Source of the DNA: Raillietiella orientalis
Lineage: Eukaryota
Direction: 5' to 3'
Length of the DNA stretch: 64,000 nt
Assembly (NCBI GenBank): GCA_036172245.1
Contig: JAYWIR010000023.1
Span: 2,418,001 to 2,482,000 of the forward strand
In this document: piece by piece, positions 51,901 through 64,000 of the stretch
Numbering within the stretch: position 1 is the stretch's first letter
Layout of the letters: every line of letters begins with the position of its first letter
Program-made: the position numbers and the translations under genes
Notes under the pieces: generated by a model
Told to the model about the DNA's origin: nothing
The model's database searches: none
Seen by the model: only the letters and a program-made list of their open reading frames with translations

Positions 51901-54900
51901 AGTGAAGATACTTTCAGTCCAAGAACATTTTGGTTTGGACAGGTCTAAGTCTTCATTGATGTTCAGTTCTCAAATCAATCACTGACTTCCGCCTGCCCTT
52001 TTCTCGCCTTAGATCAACGGATCGATCTATACCAAATAAATCTATCCACTACAGCTAAGAAGGTCTGAACGAATGCCTCGTAGGGTCCAGATGAAACGTC
52101 CGTGCCGATATGTAATGGCAACCTGATCTGTCTGGATATCTGAGGATATTACAAGCAGCGATGGCTGGTATCGCGAAAAACATATGAACTCAACACCAGT
52201 CTCAGAAAACGGAGTTAGGGCTCCTTGCTACGTCCCTTTTCACGATATTAACATGCGAAAGCATTTTTTTTTTTTTTTTTTTTTAAAATTGTGACAGAAA
52301 CTTACACTCTTCACTAACTCTGTGATAGCATCTCACTGAATGGTTCCTACAGCGCGACGATCCGTTTTGACATCGAGTTTGGGAAGCATCGCTCTTGGGT
52401 GTTCAAAGGATGTACGAGGAATATCCGTGTAGACAAGCAGCCACTCCACCATCATAAACGACAGAGTGTTTTTGTCGAAGAAGGATCTTGTTACCGAATT
52501 ATTCTCTGATCTGAAACCTCTTGATCCTTGAACTCTAGAGCACCTTATTCGGTCATCGGTTTCATCCAGCTTCTACACTTTAGAATCTCACTAGCAGTGT
52601 GCCTGATGTTCCGAAGATTAATACAACCTCTTTATTGGGATGATGAGACTGAGACACAAATTTATATAAACTTCCCTAGACTTGTGTGTCTCTTTCCGCC
52701 AAAACTAATTCCCTCCCAGTCTTTCCCAAAACACTTGCAAGGCAGAAATACTATCAAGCTCTTTTAAGTGAAAGTAAGAAGTTGTCGATAACCTCTAACA
52801 AAAGAAATTTTTGTACTATGAATGACTGTAACTATGAAGGCACATTATAAGCACATTGCCCAAAAATTATCAAACTGCTTAATTACAGAAGCAATGGTCC
52901 AAGCGTATCGTTTTCTTCCTCCGTAATCGTGCAGGGATACCACAATTCTCATTGGAATTCTCTCCTGTTCCTTATATGAGTCTTCACATATCTCAACAAA
53001 TTTTTTTTCTGAGGAATATCAAACAATTAGCAGAATAATATGACATTTGATTTGAAGGTTCACTTGTAGAACGATAATAGTGTTCCTACAGAAGCGTCAC
53101 TTCGTTCTCAGAGAAACACTCAGCTCTTTAGCAGATACGCTAGTGCATCTAGTTGTTACTACTGTTCGACTGAGTCACTCAACCTTATCAGGTGTGCTTC
53201 TCTTATGAAATGGATTCTGTACCGCCAAAGTGAGCTAGACTGAAAAAGGCATTGATCCTCGAGTAAAGAATTTAAGCTAGACCTAGCCAACGAAGGAAGC
53301 AGCCCTTCGGCGCAGATTGCACAAAGCTGATGTAGGAAAACTGAACTGCAGAACTACAAAGGGAACTGTGAATTAGGTCATACCTTCAAAATACGAGCCT
53401 GCTGGACACCATGCCCGAACCATTTTGTCCAGCATCCATCAATTCCCTGTTACGATGGCCGAAAATTTCAGCAGGGCATCTGTGCATCAGGCGGACGACG
53501 GGACCCATTCCTAACCGAATTCAGTCAAGCAACCGTGTGAACCCAGTTGTACCCGAAGGTAATCGTGTGGACTCGAAACAAGCGATGAGGAAACCTTTCG
53601 TGCTAAGTCTGGCAGCGATCAGAAGCACTTTGTTTCAAGACTAGAGTGGTTCATGAAAGGTCCGTCTGTTAACCCCACGATCGACTTGCTAGTACGAAAG
53701 AATAAAATGACGTGTTCCTCAAGACACACGCGGGTCCTTTCGGCCATTTCAAGATAGCAGTCTGATTGGTGTTTAAAAAAAGCTTGAAACCCGGAATATC
53801 AGTAACATGCATGATATTTTACTTCTTACTGCTTTCTTGGTCTTTCAGTTTTGCTACTCGAAACAGCCATGATTGTTTGTGGGAAAATTAGGAGCACTTT
53901 TTTGATGTGATGAGACTTTTAGGAAAACATGTATGAGAGCCACAAGCATGTTGGATCTTGTATGTTTATCGGTGCAGCTCATTTGCAGCTTCATCCCGTG
54001 AAAAACATCAACAGATCCAAAGTACAACTGATTCAAGCAGTCTTGGAGAAGATCTTCCATGCTTCCGTTACAAGCAGCCGAGCTTGAGAAGATTTTCCAT
54101 TGCAGCATACAACTACAAGGAACCTTACTTTCCAAAAATGCTTGTTCGATGAATGCCTGTTTTTTTCGATACTGCTAGTACTTGTTCGATAAGATTTCCG
54201 CGAAGCATGACAAGCAAAGTCACGTGATGAGAAATTACCATCGAGGTGGACGAAGCTGGGAACGGTTTCCTGGCTTCGTGTTTTGCAGTCATTAATCATC
54301 CTGAAAATGCTCTATGCGTTCGTGAATTCGTCAAAACGTTTTGACATGACTACCGAGTTCTACTGAGATGTGATACAGTACTGTTGACATCATTGTGCCT
54401 TCCAGTATTCCAGGATCCCAATTGTCGGCTGGTTTCCTTCCATCAAGGGGACCCGACGCCTCGACGCCAACCATCCCGTAACCATGCTGCCGTTCTCTTC
54501 GCCACGGGATTCAGCGGCTCTGGGAAATGGCAAAAAGGAATCCAAATTTCGAAACAGAAGGGATACGGTTGTGGTCCCTCGATGCGAGCATTCGTGGGGG
54601 CTCTTCAGAAAAGGAGGAACCCGCCTTCCCAATGTGCCTGATTTTCTTTCATCTACGCTAATAGTTTGGGAAACCCATCGTGCTTGGTCTCATGGATAGA
54701 AGCGGCATTCTTCTACATGCGGATCTGACACGTAATGGAACACCGATGCGCGCGCTCGTAATCAACGTCGATACGCACCCAAGGAGGACAAATGTTCGGG
54801 TGTTCAGAGAAGTTTGCTACATTTTCTTCGAGCTGCTCGGTCTCCATGTCTCAAGCTCGTAACCAGGTGAAAATGCGATAAGTTCTTCTCGGACGGTATT

Positions 54901-57900
54901 CCTCCGATGAAAACGCCGCACTCGTCAAAGGAGCGGCTGGTAATACTGACTGAAATAAAGTGACCATCGAGGAAAAATGCAACCTGACAAAAGTCTTTTA
55001 CTCTGCACAATTTGCATGCCAAAATGTTTGAGCCGAAGTGTGCAAAGGATCACGATCGGTTGCTCATCCTTGAATGTGGAATGTCTTTGATGCTGGATCA
55101 TATTAGAACCGATAGAATAATTCAGACTTTTTATATGCGGGTATGATACTGTTTGATCCTATTCTGTTTCGACTTGCTTTTCATCCTATGAAATGTGTCC
55201 CTGAGTCTTAAAACGTCTCCGTACTGCTCCTAATGGCTCATTCTTGTCCGATTATGAAGCGTGGTTAACTATCCGAATATTCCTTTTTTCTCTTGAAACA
55301 CAAAAGTTTTATGATGGTGACCTTTGGATCGTCTTAACCTTACTATTTACGTTGGTCTTTGTTTCATTGTGGTACTGGTTATCAAATGTTTACTAACTAT
55401 GCAGGCAGTTCTCAGATGAACTCTCTCACGAGATTCATTGGAGGATAATTTCGAGACAGGCATCTTCAAAGGGACTCTCAAGAACTCAATTCCAGTTCAT
55501 GATTGAAAGCGTATATTGATGTCTTGTAGGATATTTACATGTATTTGGATACATCAACATTATGATCTCAGTTACTCTACTGATTACATTAATAATAATA
55601 AAAGCAATTAGCGATTTTTGTGATTTATGATGATAAAATCAAATGTTTCTTCAATGGAATGAATGCTTGGAATGCATGGTTTGTGAGTGGATTGAATTTT
55701 AGATTTCCATTTATATATAGCATGTTTTTGAATAAGTGCAAAGGAGCATACCGAATGTGAAGATGCAACGTTTGTGTGCATTCGTGTTTCGAAGGTCTCG
55801 TCGAAATTTTTGCTACTATGAGATATCCCATGAGCAGGACGCTCCCTTTTCTTTCCCTGGAAGGTCACTTTGCTCAATTTCACGGAGTAAACTTCAAACA
55901 GCCAGTGGAGCATATTTATGAATAATTATTCATTGAAGAGAATACGTAGTAGCAATGGCTGCCGGGGCATTGGAAATTTGGCTTCCTGGCAAATCCACAA
56001 ACCATAAACTAATTGCCAGAAATGAATGGAACAAGGAGATGAGCTGAGACCCTGATGGAGATGATAGCGTTGTCGTAATTCTGAATGGATATCTTCGGAA
56101 GCACTTCGTAATTAAAAGGATAGTTGGAGGAGGACGTCACTGGAAGCAGACGGAAAAAACAGAATACAAAGATCAGTCTGCAACTTTGATGATCTCCACA
56201 TTCAAGAGCTACTCGCAACGAAATTTGCTACTTAGTTAACTCTTGCAAAAGTTTTACTTCTGGACTTTTCAACGAGTTCTCGTTACTCCCAATTTTTTTT
56301 TTCCGTTCCAGGAAACCAATCGTATTTCGCTTTTGGTATTGAAGGTCGGAGGGTGCTCCAGTAAGCTATGGTAGCATCAACTTCTAATGACTTTTTTCAA
56401 AACTTTTGTACAAACGCAGAATATATATAGAATGTATTTAATGTAGCAAATACAGCACAGAATGCTTCCGTAGAGTGATAAATGCACCGTGTCTCTTCCG
56501 AAGAAAAAGAATGTTTTTTTCCCGGTTGCTTTAGCTATTAAATTCACCATGCAGATGTTTCCAATCCCGACATTCTCAAATCAGAAGTGGGAGACTTGAA
56601 ATTTGAAAGCGAATTCTTGTCCTCTGATGCTAAAGGAAGGAGGAGTAGAGCTTCCAGGAAACATGAAGATGAAGGAAAGCAGGTGAATTCATGAAAGCCG
56701 ACATGCTGAGCGACCATCAAGGTAGATTCGACAAAAGGAGAGTGGAGTAACACAGGAGTAAAGGCACTTTGCAGCTAGTGGCTCTCACTAGTCCTTAAAC
56801 TGCAGTATCAGTTCAGCTTAGGAATGCATCCGCATCCAAGTCGTTTCCTGAAAGAAGTGATCCGTCATGGAATAACTGTGAGGAGTCTCCAAGCAAAATA
56901 GGAATGTCTCGCCTAGCAGTGGAGCGAAGTGGAAGCAAAATGGGTGAAACTGCCATGCACACCGTTCTTTCCCAGCAACCGGTTTCGTGTACTCAGCGGA
57001 ACAAAATCCTGGCAGTAAGGGAGGATATCGGCCATCTTGCTCCCATCTACGAACCAGCCATTGCTTTAGAAACCGCAATTATTTTTTTTTCTTAAGACAT
57101 GCTTCATCCGAATGTCTCAACTCATCTTTAGCCTCTTAATATTTATTTCTATTGTTTGAACCTCCTCCTGGAATCTGAGTAACTTGCACATTACTGTTTA
57201 CTGCAAATGAAACGGAAGATTTTTATCTCAGGGAATGCCAAAACCAAAATGCAGACGATTACTTTGAAAAGGCAGACCCGGAGTTCCACAGACTTTCCTA
57301 AAGGGTTTTCTTCATCGGCAACCGTAACTTTAGCAACTAATTGGTTTCCCAATCGATACAGTCCTCAAGATGGTTAATGAATCCTCATTAGTCCTGATCC
57401 AAATCTAAATAATCCTTCAGCTCGGTTCAAACTTTGATTTCTTTTCGTGTGCTCGGAAAAGTTTCCTCCTCCTTTTCATCTGATGGTGCCATGCCTGTCT
57501 CGTGCTAGAAGTGGAGTGCTCGCTCTAGTGTTCCCATCCACACTCGGGAAAAATAACAAATCATGTACTTGTTGTGATCGTCCGTACGTCTGAAGATGAA
57601 CTTTACTAAGGGAAGATATACGGAGGTCACAATTAGTATGAGCCAGAAATCCCCGAGAATGCTGCATAATCGGATCCTGGACCAACTTTGCCGCTCTGCC
57701 TCTGAAAGTTTCTTGAGAAATTGTTCGGAGCGCATCTCAGGAGAAAGCATGGGATGACAGGCGGAAACACCCAATGAGGAACTCTTCATCACAAGGAACG
57801 CGTTAGACCTAGTTATACAGCCTCTCTCGTGCTCCTAAAGCATCCTTTCCCACTTGAAGTCGGTCTTGTATTTATCTATCTATTTATTTATTTTTAAAAA

Positions 57901-58249
57901 AACAAGCAAAAAAAACCTCGAAAACCAAGAGATTTATAAGTTGCGGAACAGAAATCAAGCTGGAAATCCGCGTCCGCTTGAAAATTCCTTCATTGATTCT
58001 TGTAAGAAAACATTTGCTATTCCTTGTATGACAGCAGGAGAGGAACAAATTGCTTCTGCTCCTCCTTTTCGATATTAGCAACACTACAAGAATGCATCGG
58101 GACGTGATTGAAAGTTAACGTGCTTCCATGTGACTGAACTGAATACAAATGTCGGAAATCAGGAGGAAAGGTTGAAAAAAACCCCCGGTCTGGCCTCATT
58201 CTATCCTGAAATCTGAAATTGGTATTTTAAAAAGGAGGGAAATTGGACG

Positions 58250-58850
58250 GAAGCAACATATGCACCAAATGCTAAGCAACGAAATTCTCTTGGAGCTTCG
58301 CAAATCGATATGTGCAAATATGAACGGATGGGAGAGATGCGGGAGAACTCTGAGGGGAAAAGATTCCAGCATTACATTACATTGGCGAGAGCAAAACGAC
58401 ATATTGTACGTCACGTATTCTGCACGTGTGTATGCCGAAAATTTCTCACATTGGAGAAGTTGTTCATGATATGAATGAGGCGCTCTTCGACAAGAGGTTC
58501 CACTCTTGGACCTCAGGGAAGACTGTTCCTTTATTTTCACGTTTGCGTGAGTCTCGATGGGAAAAAGTCGAGATGGCTCTCGCTTGCTGCTCTCTCCAGA
58601 GAAACTCCGTGCTTGCATGTGCACCGTCTTCACGTGAAGATGCGTTGAAACACAAGTCAGCCTCCCTGGGAATCCTAGATGTCATTCTGATACCAGTCAT
58701 TCCATTTTAGCGAAAGACATCCGCTTTCTAAATGTTCAGATGAATTTCAGGAACAGTGAGCAATCTCCCCGACTTGAACTACCACTGATGATTCATTGAT
58801 GGTAGGCAGCCTCCAGTACTGCTTGCAATCCCGAGAATTCTCTGCAAGGT
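58250..58850 (+). mobile_element. Decayed Gypsy integrase fragment
   Basis: EQNDILY...FHSWTSGKTVPLF...WEKVEMALACCSLQ...GILDVILIPVIPF matches the order of the H2C2 zinc domain followed by GxLxPIPxPxxPF. Confidence 0.4.
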
Positions 58851-61800
58851 TTTCGATGTGCATTATTATTGGTCACATTCGCCTTGAGCATCCATACCGA
58901 GGTTCCACCTTAAAGTCCGTTCTACTTTTCGGACGTTTTCGAAAACCGGAAGTCTTCCCTGGGTAAAAATGGAGGGATTGTTTGCTTTTTCGGAATTTCC
59001 TCTTGTTGACCAGATATCTTCAGAATCGATGTAAGGCTCAGCAGAATCTCTAACTTAACATTCCTGACAGATTAGGTACGTGATCTCTCTGACTACGCAC
59101 TTGGGAAACACTTTTTCGTTCTTTAAGCGTAATTCATCATCACTTGGCATAGCTCTTAAGCGCAGTTCATCAGATGGCATCCTCGCGAGTAAGAATTCCC
59201 AAGGATATCACTTGCGTTCACTTCATCTGTTATTTATTCTCCTTGTGAGTTTCTTGACCTTGTGAAGTACTCACTCGACTTCACCTCCAAATTTGCCTTC
59301 TCCGACGAAGAGACGGAAGATTCTTAGAAGTTTTCCTTAGGTAATTCTGGACGAGAACCGCTGATGAACAGGATCAGGGCTGTAGGTCGATGGATCGATT
59401 CTGCAGTAAAACATTATAAGGCTAATGTTCATCTTAATGCTTGAGAATAGCGAATTCAAGAGTTTGAGACCAATGTAGAGCTCCTTCTATCTGGCTATAC
59501 TTTTGGAAAGGCTTTATTCCTCAAAGAATATGATAGACCATTGTCTTTTCTGGCGATGGAGATGCCAAGGAATCTTGATCGAAACTGTCGGACTGATACG
59601 GAACATGTTTGAAGTTGGAAGTGCTTGGTCTGTATGGAGTCCATGGAGAATAAATCCTAGAGGAAGCTGAACGGTTTGGACAAACAGAATGCAATTTGGT
59701 GAGACCTACATACGTCATTTAAAAAGACATCATCTAATTTGCATTTCGAAGTTCTATATCCTGAATAATATTCAGTAGAACAACGATTCTAAGCGTCTCC
59801 CACTTTGTGCCAATGTTCCTGGTGTAATCATTCCTCATACCAATTGATTTAGCAGATCACATTCAAATAAATACCAATTTCTAACAAAAAAAAAAACATG
59901 AAAATCTCTACAGCAAATTCCAAGAGTTTGATGTACAGGCACGATAACCAATGTGCCGTTTCTCGCTCAAAGGAAGAAAGCTTTAAAATTTGAAAGCTGC
60001 CGCTGATTGTAAGTTCCAATCAATTTGTTCGTCTTTAAATTTCATGGATTCTCCTTACCATTGGATACTCATCAATCCACTCACATGTGCTGTTTACGAT
60101 GGATCGAAGGAGCTTGAAATAAGAATCCTGGTGCTGATGAGTTCGGTGAAATTCTGTTTCTATTGAAGAAAGGATGCACCCATGTATTACATCGAGGAAA
60201 GCCAGTGCTTCAGAAAGAGTCCCTGGATTAGGGTCCTGGATTTTTCACTGCCACTCATACGAATTCCAGCTCCAAGGATGTACTTGTGCTCATAAATTGA
60301 AATGGAACTTCGCTGCTGTGCCTCTCAGTGTGCATGCAACAAAACGTAGCTAAGCATCACGGAGAGAGTAGCAACCGAATCATACATACCGTGGAACAAA
60401 AGGAACGGACCAAATTTTCTGGTCTGCTTGATAAATAACCGTACCAAAACGTCCTCCTCCTGAAAAATGCCGAGGTCAGTTTGAGCACCTGACCTCAGGT
60501 GCTCCGGAACGCACTGTTGCTCTCAATCAGAGCAGATGGATTCGTGGTTTGTAAACAGAACACGCCTAGTTGCAGAGCAGTAAGGAACCAAGATGCCAAG
60601 ATAGATCGACTCGTTTTGCGTCCAGTTTCTTTCTGCTTGAAGTTTTCCTCTCACTGCTCAAAGAGACTGAGGCGGAGAATCCACGTTGCGTCAGCTTCCT
60701 GAATCCAAATCCGATTTACTTTGGTATTTAAGTTGCCAGCGACGGCTGGCAAACAGTGAAAAGTGACCGTATCTGCACAAATTCCTCCTTCGCCTGGATG
60801 TTTCAGGAAGATGCAGGGTTACACTCAAGGAAAATCTTCAGATACAAGTAAAATGTGAGCAAGCCGTTTTCCTGAAACCGAGGGATCCAGGTAACTGATG
60901 GTTCAGATGGGAAACAAGTTCGAATGCGCGTGGATTGATTGTTGATGACAGGGAGGTGCAGCATGTTTTCCTGGAGGATTCCCAGTCGAATTGTGGCCAT
61001 TCCTTCCTTCTCACGAGAATTGGACGTGTGCATTCGTCGCCCAATTCTTGCTGCGTGATGTCGGTGTGATTTTCGTCACGAGATGCGGTGTTTATCTTTC
61101 CACCTCTCTGAAACCCTCCCCACGTTCCAAGTCTGTTATGACGTTCTGTTCGCACATCCAAATATGCGTAGCAGGAAGGACAATCTTGCTTGAAGCCTTT
61201 CCTCCAACCTTTCCTTTTGTGGAGGGTCCCCATAAGCGATTCGAAAAATGGACTGCTTCTCGGGTTCGGTCTCTAGGCTACGAGACCTCGTAGATGCAAG
61301 CTGTATCTGGATACATCCATCAAGCTGGGTCACCAGCTTTGAGTTTTGCCCAATCGGAATCGAAATTCGCTTTCGAATGCCGCTGGAGCACGCTTATTTG
61401 TCTGTGCCACGTGACAAGAGTATGCTCTTCGGAAATTTCAGCATAAATGTTTCCACGTATGGTTTCGAAGACTTTTATCGCAGCTGGAAAGTCACGTGGT
61501 ACTATCACGCCCTAGTATTGTACGCTTCATAGTTTATGCACTGTGAGACTCTGGTGACGAAGTCATCTCTTTGTTCTTGGAAAGATGGCATTCCTCAAAT
61601 ATGTGGACCTCTTCACTAGGAAAACAAGCCTCTCCTGAAGACACTGATTTGCCAAGTGCTGTGTTTTTGATCCTTTCTGCTATCTCTAGGCCAGGGCTGT
61701 TATCGTCGATCCCAAGATTAGCAGCGCCTCTTTCTCGTTTCTTATTTCTCTACCTGCAAATTCCTGTACCCGCGCTCCCAAACCCACCGTTTAGTCACTC

Positions 61801-62679
61801 TCCTTTCCTCCTTGGTCCCTCCGCGAATGCAATGTATTGCACTGTTCCGCTGGAGAGTTTCTGCCATTTGCGTGCAACAGCAGCTGCGCTCCGCCCAAAG
61901 ACATCAAATCCGCCGATTTCTATGCATGGAGAGGAATCGAGCAATCGTTAGAGGTGCTTCTTGGATGAGTTGACGGTACAGCTGCTCTGTATGGGCACGA
62001 CTCCACCAAACACGACACTGACTGGGGTAGCGGCATTGAATCGAAATAGTGAGGCAACATGTTTGCTCATTCTTCTTTAGGCTTTTTGAGAATGGAGGAT
62101 TTCCAAGGCCGAAATTGTTAACTCAGTCCGCCTCAAGGGTGCTGCGCTGTTGTGCGTCTTGTCCAATAACACGACAGAAATTAACTCCTCCATTCATCAT
62201 TTCTTCATTACCAACTTCATTACCATTACCACTTCATTACCATTTCTTCATTCACAACTCACGTGATCCTGATTCCAGCAGCACTTAGAGCCACCATCTC
62301 TCCTATAAGATGGAGATCTATCATCTTATCAACATCACCAGTCACAGCTTTCTCATCAGCCTTACGTCCAGCATGAACAGTCCATAGTGTTAACCATCTT
62401 CATGCATATGAGTATATTGAAGTGATGAGAGGCCCACCTCATCATCTACTCATTTCATTCGCTGAGATGTGTAACGCTTTTTCTGGTGAATTACGAAAAG
62501 CTGTCGGAGCTCATCGGTGAGCAGTCCAGAGCGTCTGTCCACAGAATGCTGCCTTTTTTATTTGTCTTCGAATCCTGGGGGGAAAAAACTTGCTATTTCG
62601 CGCTCTTGTGCAGAATGCTTTCCCCATAGGAACGACAATCACAGTTCGCACCTGCTAATCCACAGTGTGTTTCTTCAGG

Positions 62680-63425
62680 ATAGGGGGCACCCCTGGATGG
62701 GGTCTGCCCTATGAATCCAGGAAGGGCTCGGAGTCCGTTCCTCTCGCGCTTGGGGAGTGATCCCCCTGGATGGGGGCATCGCACCTCCCACCCTGGTTGT
62801 CTCCGAAGGGGAACCTCGAAGGGAATCTCCTTCCTCATTCTCTCCAGAGGGACACCCCCTGGGAGGGGGTGGTCCTCTCCATTTCATCTTCTCCGAAGGG
62901 AACTCGGAAAGGATCTGCTAGTAGGGATTTCTTCTCCGGAGGGAACCCGCAAGGGAGCTGCTCCTGTTCACTCCTCTGAAGAGAACCTAGAAGGGACACT
63001 TCCGAAACTCAGAAGGGGCGCTGCAGCTTCCCGCAGGGAATCGCTCTCGCTTGCTTCCTTGCACTCTGTGAAGAGGCGCTGACTCGAAGGGACCTCCCGC
63101 AACAGGGGGAGTCCGCTCCTTTGAACAACTGGAGAGGTGCCCGTGAGGGCTCCTGCTCCATCTTGAAACAGGAGGGATCCTCTGGTGAGGGAGGTCCGCT
63201 CTCTTATTCCTGGAAGGACCTGAAGGTCGACTCCCATTGTTCCAGCCTTCATCGGAAACCTCCGGCTTAACCTCCGATGCCATGCTCGAATGATTAGGCC
63301 AACCAGCGCCATTACAGGAGAAACTCGGAACCCAACGACGCAGTGGCGTGAGTTTCTGCCGAAGCATTCGAACCCACGACGCATGGTGCTACGTGTGGAA
63401 GCCTTAACCACAAAGCCTCTGACGT
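62680..63425 (-). mobile_element. tRNA-derived SINE-like repeat copy
   Basis: B-box GGTTCGAATGC (63374-63364) on the minus strand. Shares ccctatgaatccagga and caccctggttgtctccgaagg with the 44.5-kb copy. Contains internal repeated ttctccgRagggaac modules. Confidence 0.7.
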
Positions 63426-64000
63426 GGGAATCTCCTTCACCTGCTCCTTCTCCGAAGCGCCTGCTACGTACACAGTCACTCCTCGATGGTCGCACGAACC
63501 CTTTCCGATTAGCATGCGCTTGGCATGTGAGTCGAGATCAAGAAAATGGGAAAAGAGGAAAACTCTGAAGAGTGCAGGAGGAGAGTTGACTGTTCAGGGA
63601 GAGGGAGGCGCGCAGAATCTTTGCCTCCTGAGAGATTCTTCGAGATGCCTGCAGCACTCTGGACAGCCAACTCTCAGAACGAAGAGAGCTTTCCATCAAC
63701 GCCTCAGAGAGTGCTCTCATTCCGTTTCTTGGGTATTTTGGTGGAGCCATGGGAAGACGAGACTGTCGAATAGGCGACGTGTTTTGTGCGTCGAAGAAGA
63801 AAACACACGGCGGTATCACGGTATGAAGAGACATTTCTGAGCACCAAGAATATGCGGACGCTCGAGGTCCTTAAGTCTTCCTGCCACGGGAGGATCTGCA
63901 GGGAAGGGTTGCCGCACGAGATCCGGCAAGTGGATCATAAGGCTATGGACGCTCTACGCGCTGCAGCGGGCATTATGGCCTTCAAATATGAAGTCAGCCC

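Overview
Eukaryotic (arthropod-like) genomic DNA; no prokaryotic features. All protein family calls come from motifs recalled from memory, not database searches. Host genes: (1) the last three coding exons of a divergent nicotinic acetylcholine receptor alpha2-like subunit (+, 4509-14957; earlier exons not found in the window); (2) a complete 4-exon JTB gene (-, 26806-27484, 161 aa), missed by the ORF track; (3) a complete 11-exon cactin gene (-, 31755-34556, 655 aa); (4) an intact tRNA-Ile(AAT) (+, 47903-47976). Cactin and JTB sit in an AT-rich, CpG-depleted block (~23.4-37.1 kb) and have very short introns (many 36-47 nt). The rest is mostly decayed mobile elements: piggyBac, Copia, Gypsy, several LINE types, ORF1/gag-like relics and three copies of a tRNA-headed SINE-like repeat with internal hairpin modules. 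I cannot demonstrate a complete new biological system. The best leads are the altered nAChR pore and loop C residues (with a possible editing-restored GEK), an orphan RECQL4 C-terminal-like domain, the minimal introns, the SINE-like family and possible gag-only retroelements.
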